A stretch of 64,000 nt of DNA from Chloroflexota bacterium (GTDB lineage: Bacteria; Chloroflexota; UBA11872; UBA12225). Within the stretch, counting starts at the first letter, position 1. Each line of letters starts with the position of its first letter. A program made the position numbers and the translations under genes. This document shows, piece by piece, positions 29,456 through 38,615 of this stretch. The notes below the pieces were generated by a model that was not told where the DNA came from, made no database searches, and saw only the letters and a program-made list of their open reading frames with translations. Location of the stretch: the NCBI GenBank assembly GCA_030447525.1, contig JAUJOR010000001.1:299466-363465 (forward strand), written 5' to 3'.

Positions 29456-30202
29456 TTGTGGCTATACTGCTTTCTTGTGGAAGCGGTGACGCCGCGCGTG
29501 CGCGCGGGCGATAAGCTGGGAGGAGAGAACCCGCCGCTAGGGCCCCCTGCCTCCTTGATCGGGCAAGGCCCCATCGCCGGCGCGCGCTATCTCCTCGAGC
29601 GGACCAGCACCATCATTGGGCGGGCTGAAGATTGCCACATCAGACTTCAGGATCCGCTGGCCTCGCGGCGCCACGCCGAGATTCGTCGCGAGCCGTGGCG
29701 ATACCTGATCGTCGATCTGGGGAGCCGCAACGGGACACGGGTCAACGGCCGGCCGATCACCGGCCCCCACCAGCTCCAGCACGGCGACTCCGTCCTGGTA
29801 GCGTCTATCCCCCTGCGCTTTGAAGATCCGAATGCCACCGTGCCTGTAGCCCGCGAGGCCCTGCGCCAGGCACACCTCCCGGTATGGGTGAACGTTTCCG
29901 CCGGCGAAGCCTACGCCTTCGGCAGGCCGCTGGAGCTCACGCCCAAGGAGTTCGCCCTCCTGGCCCTGCTCTATGAGCGCGCCGGCCAGGTCTGTGACAA
30001 GGACGAGATTGCCCGTGCCGTCTGGCCGGAGTGCGACGGTGTGGTCTACGACTACAACATAGAGACGCTGGTCAGCCGGCTGCGCCACAAGCTTGACCAG
30101 GCCGGGACGAGCGCGGACGCCGTAGTCACGGTGAAAAAGCGCGGCTACCGGCTGGCAGCGGGCGGGCAGACGGACGGGCCGGACGCCGTGGCCCCGGCTT
30201 GA
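29456..30202 (+). CDS. FHA domain plus OmpR/PhoB-type winged-helix DNA-binding domain transcriptional regulator
   Basis: The FHA domain is IIGRAEDCHIRLQDPLASRRHAEIRREPWRYLIVDLGSRNGTRVNGRPI. The trans_reg_C domain is LTPKEFALLALLYERAGQVCDKDEIARAVWPE...ETLVSRLRHKLD...VVTVKKRGYRL. The start is uncertain (TTG at 29456, or GTG at 29477 or 29486). Confidence 0.75.
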   Translation: MWLYCFLVEAVTPRVRAGDKLGGENPPLGPPASLIGQGPIAGARYLLERTSTIIGRAEDCHIRLQDPLASRRHAEIRREPWRYLIVDLGSRNGTRVNGRPITGPHQLQHGDSVLVASIPLRFEDPNATVPVAREALRQAHLPVWVNVSAGEAYAFGRPLELTPKEFALLALLYERAGQVCDKDEIARAVWPECDGVVYDYNIETLVSRLRHKLDQAGTSADAVVTVKKRGYRLAAGGQTDGPDAVAPA

Positions 30203-30290
30203 GCGCGCCGGTCTCCTGTTCCAGGTGGCGCTCCGTTTGTGGAGCCCCCGGCTGCGAGGCCGGTGAGTCCCCCGCCCCTGGCGTAACTCC

Positions 30291-33017
30291 GTGACTGCGG
30301 TGGGCTCGGTGAGCGCTGCCAGGCAGGCTGATGCACCGGCCGGGGTGCTGGCCGGGATCTTCCTCCTTAGCCTGGCCGGTCTCCTGTTCCAGGTGGCGCT
30401 CACCCGGCTGGCCAGCGCCGCCCTGAACTACCACCTCGCCGTTCTCGCCGTGAGCGCCGGCGTGCTGGGGACCGGGGCCGGAGCGACCTGGGTCGCCTGC
30501 TGGCCACCGGGCTCGAGTCGGGACTCTCCCACCGCCCCGCCCGTACCCGGCGGCGGGGGCCGTGAGTGGGCTACCGGGGTGATGGCCGAGAACATCGCCC
30601 GGCGGCGCCTCGGCGCCCTGGCCGTTGGCACGGCCGGGGGCATCGCCGCCGTCGGGGCCGGGTTCGCCTGGGTGCCCCTGGGCCACCTGGGCGCCCCGGG
30701 GCTGCTGGCCCTGATCCTGGTCGCCTATCCCTTGCTGGCCGGGCCATACTTCTGCATTGGTGGGGCCGTGGCGCTGGCGCTGCGCACGTGGCCCCGCCTG
30801 GCCGGCCGGGCCTATGGGGCAGATCTCCTCGGTGCCGCTGCCGGCTGTCTCCTGGCCGTGCCAGTGATGGATGCCCTCGGGCCGCCCCTGGCCGTGTCCA
30901 TGGCCGCCTTCGCCGCCCTGGCCGGTGGCTTCCCGCTGCGCTGCCGGCGCGGGTCACCCCGCGAGGCCCCCCTGGCGCAGGGGGGCCTCGCGGCCCCAGT
31001 TGCCGCTCTCGCCGTCCTGGGCGGCGTCCTGTGGCCGGGTACGCCGAACGTCCTCCCCAACAAGCCCCTGGCCGTGTTCCTGGATGCCCGGCGGTTTCCA
31101 GGGGCGGGGCTGGAGCTCACGCGTTGGGATGCGACCTCTCGGGTAGACGTCTTTGTCGCCCCCGGGGCGTCGCTCCTCTGGCACCCGCCTTCTGAGGCGT
31201 CCGCGGGCGCCCCCGATGCTTTTGCACCCGGCGCCCCTCAGTGGGCGGGGCAGGCTCCAGGGGCGCGGCCGGTGGGGGCTCCCGAGATGCGGGAGGCTCC
31301 CGAGATGCGAGAGGCTCCCGAGATGCGAGAGGCTCCCGAGATGCGGGAGGCTCCCGAGATGCGGGGCATGACGATCGACGCCGACGCCCTGACCGCAGTC
31401 GTGCGCCTCCGGCCGGACCAGCGATTGCCGTTTGCCCGGCGTTTGCCGGCCAGCGTGGCCTACGCCCTCGCCCCGCGCCGGCGCGTCCTGGTCATCGGCC
31501 CCGGGGGCGGCGTCGACGTCGCCGCCGCCCTGGCGTACGGTGCCGAGCGAGTAGATGCCGTGGAGGTCAACCGGGGAGTCGCCCGGCTGATGCTGGGGCC
31601 CCTGGCAGACTTTAGCGGGGGCCTCTTCCTCGACCCGGCGGTGCGCCTGGTGGTGGACGAAGGGCGTACCTTTCTCCAGGCCTCGCCGCAGCGCTACGAC
31701 GCCATCGTCCTCACGGCGGTGGATAGCTGGGCGGCCCTGGCGGCCGGGTCCTACTCCCTGGCCGAGAGCTACCTGTACACCCGTGAGGCGATGGGCACGT
31801 ACCTTGATCGGCTGGGCGAGGGGGGCGTGCTGGCCATTAGCCGCTGGTACACCGCGCCCCCACGGGAGCTGCAGCGGCTGGCGCTGATGGCCGGCGACGT
31901 CCTGCAGGCCCGAGGCGTCCCACCGGCATCCGGGCGATTGCTCTTGAGGGCAGGGGACTTCGGGACGCTCATCGTCCGGCAGGGCCCCCTCACGCCGGAT
32001 GAGCTGGCTCGCGCCAGGGCCTTCGCCAAGGGCAATGGCTTCACCCTCTACGGCGGCGGCGGGCCCTCTGGCTTCCCCCAGCCGCCGTACCCTCCACCCG
32101 AGCCCTCCTCGCCGGGCCTCTTTGCGGGAGCTGCCCCGGCGGCTTTCCCGGATGGTACCGCTGGGGAGGCCTCCGGGACGGCTCCTGAGACGACGCCCAG
32201 GACGTTTCCGGCTGCCACGGACGACCGGCCCTTCTTCTTCGACTTCGTCCCTTGGTCAGACGTCCTGCGCGGGAGGGTTCCCCTGGCCACCCTGCCGCGG
32301 GGTCATGCCGTCCTGCTCCTGACGCTGGTGCAGGGGTTGTGCCTGGGCCTGGCCAGCGCCCTGCTGCCACGCCGGCGTCTCCCCGGATGGCTGGGGGCGC
32401 GGCCTGGGCTGCGCCTGGGGACGTACGCCGCTGCGGTTGGCCTGGGGTTCATGCTGGCGGAGCTCTCTCTCTTGCAGCGCCTTACCCTCCTACTGGGCCA
32501 ACCGGCCCTGTCGCTGGCGGTGACTTTGGGAGCGCTCTTGGGCGGGGCCGGCGCCGGCAGCGCCTTGTGGGCGCGATACTCGGGCCGGGTGGCGGCGCCG
32601 GCCTTGCTTGCGGGTGCCGCGGCGCTGCTCGCCGCGCACGCCGTGCTGCTGCCGGCGCTGTGGGGGCCGGCGCTGGCGTGGCCCCTGGCCGGCCGGATCA
32701 TTCTGGCCCTGGTGAGCCTGCTCCTCCCCGCCGTGTGCATGGGGCCGGCGCTGCCGGCAGGGGCGGCGGCGCTCGGGAGGAGTGACCCGCTGGTGCTCCC
32801 CTGGATGTGGGGCGTCAACGGGGCGGCCTCGGCCGCCGGGGCCGCCCTGGCGGTGATGCTGGCTATGGAGTGGGGACTGCGCGCCACGCTCCTCCTGGCA
32901 GGGGCCCTCTACCTCCTGGCCGCCGGCCTGCTGGCCGGCCATGGGACGGCGTCCGGCGCCGGGGCTGCGGGGGCTGCGGGGGCTGCGGGGGCTGCAGGAC
33001 TGGCGCCCATGCGGTAG
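30291..33017 (+). CDS. Polytopic membrane protein with a central spermidine-synthase-like (SpeE-fold, class I methyltransferase-like) domain
   Basis: An N-terminal bundle of about 7 TM helices and a C-terminal bundle of about 6 flank a core with the SpeE-like motifs VLVIGPGGGVDVAAALAYGAERVDAVEVNRGV and YDAIVLTAVDSW. It contains an in-frame (APEMRE)5 repeat and a C-terminal (GAA)n tract. Confidence 0.7.
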   Translation: MTAVGSVSAARQADAPAGVLAGIFLLSLAGLLFQVALTRLASAALNYHLAVLAVSAGVLGTGAGATWVACWPPGSSRDSPTAPPVPGGGGREWATGVMAENIARRRLGALAVGTAGGIAAVGAGFAWVPLGHLGAPGLLALILVAYPLLAGPYFCIGGAVALALRTWPRLAGRAYGADLLGAAAGCLLAVPVMDALGPPLAVSMAAFAALAGGFPLRCRRGSPREAPLAQGGLAAPVAALAVLGGVLWPGTPNVLPNKPLAVFLDARRFPGAGLELTRWDATSRVDVFVAPGASLLWHPPSEASAGAPDAFAPGAPQWAGQAPGARPVGAPEMREAPEMREAPEMREAPEMREAPEMRGMTIDADALTAVVRLRPDQRLPFARRLPASVAYALAPRRRVLVIGPGGGVDVAAALAYGAERVDAVEVNRGVARLMLGPLADFSGGLFLDPAVRLVVDEGRTFLQASPQRYDAIVLTAVDSWAALAAGSYSLAESYLYTREAMGTYLDRLGEGGVLAISRWYTAPPRELQRLALMAGDVLQARGVPPASGRLLLRAGDFGTLIVRQGPLTPDELARARAFAKGNGFTLYGGGGPSGFPQPPYPPPEPSSPGLFAGAAPAAFPDGTAGEASGTAPETTPRTFPAATDDRPFFFDFVPWSDVLRGRVPLATLPRGHAVLLLTLVQGLCLGLASALLPRRRLPGWLGARPGLRLGTYAAAVGLGFMLAELSLLQRLTLLLGQPALSLAVTLGALLGGAGAGSALWARYSGRVAAPALLAGAAALLAAHAVLLPALWGPALAWPLAGRIILALVSLLLPAVCMGPALPAGAAALGRSDPLVLPWMWGVNGAASAAGAALAVMLAMEWGLRATLLLAGALYLLAAGLLAGHGTASGAGAAGAAGAAGAAGLAPMR
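31278..31367 (+). repeat. In-frame tandem repeat, 5 x 18 bp (GCTCCCGAGATGCGRGAG), encoding (APEMRE)5 inside the SpeE-like membrane protein
   Basis: It is read directly; the units are nearly identical (R = G or A). Confidence 0.9.
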
Positions 33018-33570
33018 ACTTTCGTGTTGGGATCGCTCCGGGGGTGAACGCCACCCCGTAGGCTTAGCGGAGCGAGCCAGCAGCCAGTCCGGTACACCGT
33101 TGGTAACGGCCAGGGAACAACCGGCGGGCGATGGTGCCACTTGTGGCCCGCGCCTGCCAGGGGTCTCCCCGGACCCGGTACCGGCGGTCGGCGAGGAAGC
33201 GCCAGGTGGCGCCGGGTCACGCCCGGGGCCGCGCCGCGGAACGCTTCGCCGGCCGCTCGCCGTTCAGGCGGTGTGGGTCCGGACTGTTCCGCGGCCTGCG
33301 CCTGATGCCCACCAGGTGCGGCCGGGCGCTATTGGGTGGGCATTGGTGCGCCATTTCGGCGTACATCTGCACGAACCCTGACCGGCCGCTGGCTCCTACT
33401 TGGGCCTGCTTCACCCGTGGTCGTCTGCCTGCGGACGCGGCTCGGCCGCCGCCCGCGGGCTTGACGTCCGGCGGACAGGCTTGGGGCGCGATGCCGTCAC
33501 GTGTGACGGGTGGAAGCGCCACGCTCAACGCGCCGGTCAGATGGAGCTGTGCTGGGAGGTAGAGAGCCCC

Positions 33571-34080
33571 ATGCAGCACTTGGTCGTCGACGCCTTTGTC
33601 GACGATGCATCCCGCATCAGCGAGATCGAGCCGGTCTTCGATCTTCTGAACAGCCTGCCGGACGAGATCGGGATGACCAAGATCATCCAGCCCTACGTCT
33701 TCCGCTACAACGGAGTCGTGCCGGAGGACTGGGGGGTTACGGGCGTTGTCATCATCGCCGAGAGCCACATCAGCATCCACACGTTCCCGGAACACAAGCG
33801 CTTCCACATGGACGTCTTCAGCTGCAAGCCGTTCGATTCAGCCGAAGCAATGCGTATCATCGAGCAGCGGCTGGGCGTCACGCAGCGCGCCGCCGACGTC
33901 ATCCGCCGGCCTGTGCTCGGCGCAGAGGTGGAGGCAGCCGGCGAGCTCCACTGGCGTTTTCAACAGATGCCGACCTCGCTCAGCCCAACGTTGTCCGCCC
34001 CTTCAGTGACCCCGGCTGTGCCGAGCACGGCGGCGCTCGCACCGAGCGCGCGCGAGCGAGACCTGGTAGGTGCCCGCTAG
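33571..34080 (+). CDS. speH: S-adenosylmethionine decarboxylase proenzyme (SpeH/SpeD type, pyruvoyl-dependent)
   Basis: The N-terminus is MQHLVVDAFVDDA... The self-cleavage site motif IIAESHISIHTFPE and the tail FHMDVFSCKPF are present. The ATG at 33571 is preceded by GGGAGGT. A C-terminal Ser/Thr/Pro-rich tail follows. Confidence 0.85.
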   Translation: MQHLVVDAFVDDASRISEIEPVFDLLNSLPDEIGMTKIIQPYVFRYNGVVPEDWGVTGVVIIAESHISIHTFPEHKRFHMDVFSCKPFDSAEAMRIIEQRLGVTQRAADVIRRPVLGAEVEAAGELHWRFQQMPTSLSPTLSAPSVTPAVPSTAALAPSARERDLVGAR

Positions 34081-35233
34081 CGATCACGCCGCCCTGTACG
34101 GGTCGGGCCCTACCTTCGCCGCCCTGCCGCCCGAGTCGTCTCGCTACGAGACGGCCCGGGCGGTCGTACTTTCCGTGCCCTACGACGCCACCACCACGTA
34201 TCGCGGTGGGGCTCGTGACGGCCCGCGGGCGATCATAGATGCCTCTCGCGAGATGGAGCTCTACGATGTGGAGCTGGAGTGCGAGATCGCCGGCGTCGGC
34301 ATCCACACCACACCCGCGCTGGAACCGCACCTCGGCGATCCGGCGCAGATGGTTGAGCGCGTGCGGCAGGCCGTGGGCCCCCTCCTGGCCGACGGGAAGC
34401 TCCCCATCTTGCTGGGCGGGGAGCACACCTTGACCGCCGGAGCCATCGTAGCCTGTGCCGCCGCCTGGCCGGATCTGGCGCTGCTGTATGTAGACGCCCA
34501 CGCCGACGTCCGCGGGCCCTATCTGGGGGCGCGGTACAACCACGCCAGCGCCCTGCGTCTGGCCCTGGAAGACGCCCCCCTGCGGGGGAGCGGGCGGGGG
34601 GCGCTGGGGGAAGCTTTCTCGGCCACCTCGCCGATTGGGAGTCAAGCCCCAGCCGGATCACCGGCGCCCTCGCCGCGCAGCGGGGTGGTGGCCTGCGGCG
34701 TCCGCAGCATGGCCCAGGAAGAGGCCACGTACATCAAGGACACCGGCCTGCCCGTGGTCGGCGCCGAGCGGGTAGCGGCGGCGCGCCGCGCCGGCCCCGG
34801 CGCCCTAGAGGGCCTGTGGGCGGAGACGCTGGCGTACCTTGGGCCACCCGGGCGCCCGCTGTACATCAGCGTCGACCTGGACGCCTTTGATACCGGGATC
34901 ATGCCGGCGGTGGGTACACCCGAGCCAGGGGGCCTGGACTGGTACGAGGTGCTGGGCCTGCTCCGCGCCGCCTCCCGCCGGCATCCGATCGTCATGGCGG
35001 ACGTGATGGAGCTGTCCCCGGGTGAGGGGCCAGTGGCCTGCGCCTTCACGGCCGCCAAGCTGGCCTACAAGCTCATCGGGTACGCCCTGGTCGCCCCGGA
35101 CCGTGCCCACCCGGCGCCCCGTACGGGCGCCCTGCCCCAGGGTGCTAGCGCCCGGCAGGGCCCCAGACATGGCGCGGAGGGTGTAGCCGAAGGCGCAGCG
35201 CCGCCGCCGGAGAACAGCGCTCTGGAGCGCTAA
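34070..35233 (+). CDS. speB: Agmatinase / ureohydrolase family protein (SpeB) with a low-complexity insert
   Basis: The arginase-fold motifs are ILLGGEHTLT, YVDAHADV, SVDLDAFD and the loop between them. An approximately 45-aa Gly/Ser/Ala/Pro insert is present. Confidence 0.85.
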   Translation: MPASDHAALYGSGPTFAALPPESSRYETARAVVLSVPYDATTTYRGGARDGPRAIIDASREMELYDVELECEIAGVGIHTTPALEPHLGDPAQMVERVRQAVGPLLADGKLPILLGGEHTLTAGAIVACAAAWPDLALLYVDAHADVRGPYLGARYNHASALRLALEDAPLRGSGRGALGEAFSATSPIGSQAPAGSPAPSPRSGVVACGVRSMAQEEATYIKDTGLPVVGAERVAAARRAGPGALEGLWAETLAYLGPPGRPLYISVDLDAFDTGIMPAVGTPEPGGLDWYEVLGLLRAASRRHPIVMADVMELSPGEGPVACAFTAAKLAYKLIGYALVAPDRAHPAPRTGALPQGASARQGPRHGAEGVAEGAAPPPENSALER

Positions 35234-35254
35234 CGCCGGTCTGACAGGGCGACG

Positions 35255-35296
35255 CTATCAGGGTCACCCTATCAGGGTCACCCTATCAGGGTCACC
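35255..35296 (+). repeat. Tandem repeat, 3 x 14 bp (CTATCAGGGTCACC), each unit containing the near-palindrome GGGTCACCC
   Basis: It is read directly, in the convergent intergenic between the speB stop (35233) and the csp stop (35321). Confidence 0.85.
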
Positions 35297-35320
35297 CCCA
35301 GGCGGAGCGCTTGGGCAAGG

Positions 35321-35548
35321 CTAGGCCTCGAGCTGAACGCGTACGGCGCGTTGACCGCGCCCGCGGGTGTCCTGCTCGATGTCGAACGTGACGGCCTGCC
35401 CCTCTTGAAGATTATCGAACGGGTACCCGGTCATCCCCGTGGCGTGGAAAAAGACCTCCTGGCCGTTCTCCATGCGGATGAAGCCGAACCCGCGATCCCG
35501 CACGATGCGGACGATTGTCCCTCGATTCACGACCGGCGCCTCCTGCAC
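35321..35548 (-). CDS. Cold-shock protein (CspA family)
   Basis: The nucleic-acid-binding motifs are GTIVRIVRDRGFGFI (RNP1-like) and VFFH (RNP2-like). It is 75 aa. Confidence 0.85.
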   Translation of the reverse strand: MQEAPVVNRGTIVRIVRDRGFGFIRMENGQEVFFHATGMTGYPFDNLQEGQAVTFDIEQDTRGRGQRAVRVQLEA

Positions 35549-35747
35549 ACTTGTGTTCCGGCAGCCCGCTGATCGTCACCGGATCCCGTGCCGGCGCCTG
35601 CGTGCTGACGGCCGTTTTGGATCGCATCTGCGGCTCGATCCTCACCGGCGGTCCCTGGACGCACCGGCCGGAGAAACGGCCCGGGGCGCCAGGTGCACGT
35701 AGAAGTATACGCCCCTCATCAAGGGGCGGCCTCATCAAGGGCCGCGC

Positions 35748-36488
35748 TCAGGCCGCGCTTGGTCCACCGGGCAGGGGCCCTACCGGCTGCACCCGGCGCC
35801 CCGATGGAGGAACTCCCAGGGCGGCGTCAACCTCCCAGCGCCGCGAAACTAACGACAGGGAGTAGTTAATCAAGAAGTAGATGCAGGCGCAGACGAACAA
35901 TGACTGGAGCGGATTGACCTCGCTCTGATAGATCAGCTGCCCCCGGCGGGTCAGCTCCCCCACCCCGATCACGGCGGCCAGGGACGTGTCCTTGATCAGT
36001 GTGATGATCTGGCTTACCTGGGGGGGCACCACCCGCCGTGCCGCCTGGGGAAAGACGATGTAGCTCAACGTCTGCCGGTAGTCCAGGCCCAGGGATCGCG
36101 CCGCTTCCCACTGGCCGCGCCCGATGGAGGTGATTCCGGCGCGCATGATCTCGGCGTTGATCGCGCCGGTGTACAGGGTGAGCGCCAGCGTCCCGGCGCC
36201 AAACGGGCTGAGACCCAGCCCCGCCCGGGCGGCACCAAAAAAGATGAAGAAGATCAGGAGCAGCACCGGCAAGGCGCGGACCGTCTCGACAAAGACTACC
36301 GCCGGGTAGCGCAAGAAGGGGAGGCGCGACATCCGGCACAGGGCCAGGAACAGCCCCAGCGCCAGGCTGCCGATGATGGCGATGGCCGCCATGGACAGGG
36401 TGATCTGCAGACCCGTCCAGATAAACTGCCAGATCGCCGGCTCCAGGAATGGGGCCCAGCGCCGTGGCTCGAAGAACGCTTGCATCAC
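35748..36488 (-). CDS. Amino-acid ABC transporter permease (HisM/GlnP family)
   Basis: The EAA loop is AARSLGLDYRQTLSYIVFPQAARRVVPP. It has 5 TM helices. Confidence 0.8.
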   Translation of the reverse strand: MMQAFFEPRRWAPFLEPAIWQFIWTGLQITLSMAAIAIIGSLALGLFLALCRMSRLPFLRYPAVVFVETVRALPVLLLIFFIFFGAARAGLGLSPFGAGTLALTLYTGAINAEIMRAGITSIGRGQWEAARSLGLDYRQTLSYIVFPQAARRVVPPQVSQIITLIKDTSLAAVIGVGELTRRGQLIYQSEVNPLQSLFVCACIYFLINYSLSLVSRRWEVDAALGVPPSGRRVQPVGPLPGGPSAA

Positions 36489-36581
36489 GGAGATCCTGCG
36501 CCCTTGGTCCTGAGCGCTCCTCCTCGTCTGGGGCAGCCTGGACGAGGGCGGAACGGCATGGCTCTGGCAAAGACCGAGGGC

Positions 36582-37298
36582 CTATCGGTAGCGCGTCAGG
36601 CGCCGCTCCAGCAGACCCACCAGCGCCCCCATGGGGAGGGTGAACACCAGGTAGCACAGCCCGACGAAGCCGTAGATCTCGTACGTCGCAAAGGTACGTG
36701 AGTTGATGATCTGGGCGTTATAGAGCAGCTCGGCGACGGCGATGCTGCTGGCCAGGCTAGTGTTCTTGAACAGGGCGATGGACAAGTTTCCCAGGGGGGG
36801 CACCGTGGCCGCAATGGCCTGGGGGAGGACAACGTAGCGCATGCCCTGCCCGAAGCTCATCCCCAGGGAGCGGGCGGCCTCGGACTGGCCACGGTCCACC
36901 GCCAGGATGCCGGACCGGATGGCCTCGGTGACGAAGGCCCCGGTATAGACGCCTAGGGCCAAAAACGCCGCCGTAAAGGCCGGCAGACGCACGCCAACGG
37001 TGGGGAGTCCAAAGTAAGCGAAAAACGTCTGCACCAGCAAGGGCGTGTTGCGCACGAACTCGACGTACGCCGTGCCCACGAAGCGCAAGGGACGCACCGG
37101 CACGCTGCGCAAGATGGCGAAGACGACCCCCAAGGCCAGGGCCAAGACCAGCGCCAGCAGGGCCAGCTGCACCGTGGCCAGCATTCCACTCAGCAGAAAG
37201 GGCAGGTTGGCGAGCACCGCCGTCCCGAAGGGGGGCGGGGCCCCGCCGCCGGCCAGGGCTGTAGGTGTGGCCTGGAGCATCGTCACATCCGCCGACAA
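36582..37298 (-). CDS. Amino-acid ABC transporter permease (HisQ/GlnP family)
   Basis: The EAA loop is AARSLGMSFGQGMRYVVLPQAIAATVPP. Confidence 0.8.
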   Translation of the reverse strand: MSADVTMLQATPTALAGGGAPPPFGTAVLANLPFLLSGMLATVQLALLALVLALALGVVFAILRSVPVRPLRFVGTAYVEFVRNTPLLVQTFFAYFGLPTVGVRLPAFTAAFLALGVYTGAFVTEAIRSGILAVDRGQSEAARSLGMSFGQGMRYVVLPQAIAATVPPLGNLSIALFKNTSLASSIAVAELLYNAQIINSRTFATYEIYGFVGLCYLVFTLPMGALVGLLERRLTRYR

Positions 37299-37374
37299 GA
37301 CGCCCCGCCGGGGCGCTCCTTTACTGGGTACTGGGCCGGTCCTTACCGAGGCGCTCCCTTACCGCCGCGATCCT

Positions 37375-38259
37375 TTACTGGGGCGGTTCGGGGACGGGGC
37401 CGAACTTACCCAGCCACTGCTGGTAGATGGCCTTCCAGCGCCCATTCCCCTTGATCCTCGCCAGCACCCCGTTGGTGAACTCGGTGAAGCCGGTGCTGGT
37501 CTTGGCGATCCCCAGGCCGTACGGCTCGTCGGTGAACTTGCCGCCGACCAGCTTGAGGCTGGGATCCTGGTCGGCGAAGCCGGCGAGGATGACGTCGTCC
37601 GTGCTGACGGCGTCGACACGGCCCTGCTGCAGGGCGGTGACGCACTCGGCGTAGCCGGGAAAGAGCACCTTCTGCACGGTGGGGGCGAACTTGGTGATGT
37701 TCTGCTCGCTGGTCGAGCCGGCGGCCGAGCAGATCGTCCGCTCCGGCCGGTCCAGATCCTGGATCCGGGCCACGGTGCTGTCCCGCTTCACCAGGAGCGT
37801 CTGCCCGGCCATGTAGTAGACGTCGGAAAAGTCGATCTGCTCCTTGCGCGCGTCGGTGATCGTCATAGTGGCGGCGACGATGTCCACGCCACCTTCTTGC
37901 AGGATGGGGATGCGCTGGGCGGAGGTGACCGGCTTCAGCTCCAGCCGCGCCGGGGAGGCGTCGCCGTTAAAGAGGGCCTTGGCCACCTCCCGGACGATGT
38001 CTACGTCGAAGCCTTCCAGCTGGTTGCTGCGCGGACTTAGGTAGCCGAACAGGGGCTGGTCCTGCTTGACCCCGGCCACCAGCCGGCCGCGCTGGACGAT
38101 CCTGGCCATGTAGCTGCCGGACGCAAAGGCCGGCACCGCCGTGCCCGCAGGCAGTCCGGCCGGCGCGGCCGACCCACCGCTCTGTCCACAGCCCGCCACG
38201 GCCACCACCAGGGGCAGGCCCCCCACGCCGCGCAAGAGCGCGCGTTTCGGTAGGCGCAT
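37375..38259 (-). CDS. Amino-acid ABC transporter substrate-binding lipoprotein (family 3 solute-binding protein)
   Basis: I place the start at the ATG at 38259, which is preceded by GAGGAGG. The signal and lipobox are MRLPKRALLRGVGGLPLVVAVAGC. SBP_bac_3-like motifs are present (DVDIVREVAKAL, QIDFSDVYY). Confidence 0.8.
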   Translation of the reverse strand: MRLPKRALLRGVGGLPLVVAVAGCGQSGGSAAPAGLPAGTAVPAFASGSYMARIVQRGRLVAGVKQDQPLFGYLSPRSNQLEGFDVDIVREVAKALFNGDASPARLELKPVTSAQRIPILQEGGVDIVAATMTITDARKEQIDFSDVYYMAGQTLLVKRDSTVARIQDLDRPERTICSAAGSTSEQNITKFAPTVQKVLFPGYAECVTALQQGRVDAVSTDDVILAGFADQDPSLKLVGGKFTDEPYGLGIAKTSTGFTEFTNGVLARIKGNGRWKAIYQQWLGKFGPVPEPPQ

Positions 38260-38615
38260 TGTTGACTCGTTCCTCCTCATTCGCTGATACACCGTCCCCA
38301 GTGGACGGCATTGCCCATGCCGTGAGCACAAGAGCCTTGTGACACCCGAGCTGACGTCTCTCGATAGGTCTCCCAGGTTGGGATCTGCCGCAGGACTGCC
38401 GGAGAATTGTACTGGCGCCCCCACTCACCGCCTGCCCTCAGGAGAGTCCATGCCGGACTCTGGGGGCAGGCGCGAGTTGCCGAGCAGGGCCCTCATGGAC
38501 CCTAGAGGCCAACCCGGCCATGCGTCAAGAGGGGCATAGTCGTCCTGGGTGCGGGGGGCGCCGGCAAGGGGTACCGTGGGGCGTACGGCGGGGTGCAGGG
38601 ACGGGATGGGGCCCC

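Noticed and set aside
31278-33000. The tandem repeat arrays (18 bp x 5, and 9 bp x 4) as a CRISPR array or minisatellite
   Set aside because: The repeats are contiguous with no spacers and are in frame within a CDS. They are far shorter than CRISPR repeats, and no cas genes are present in the window.
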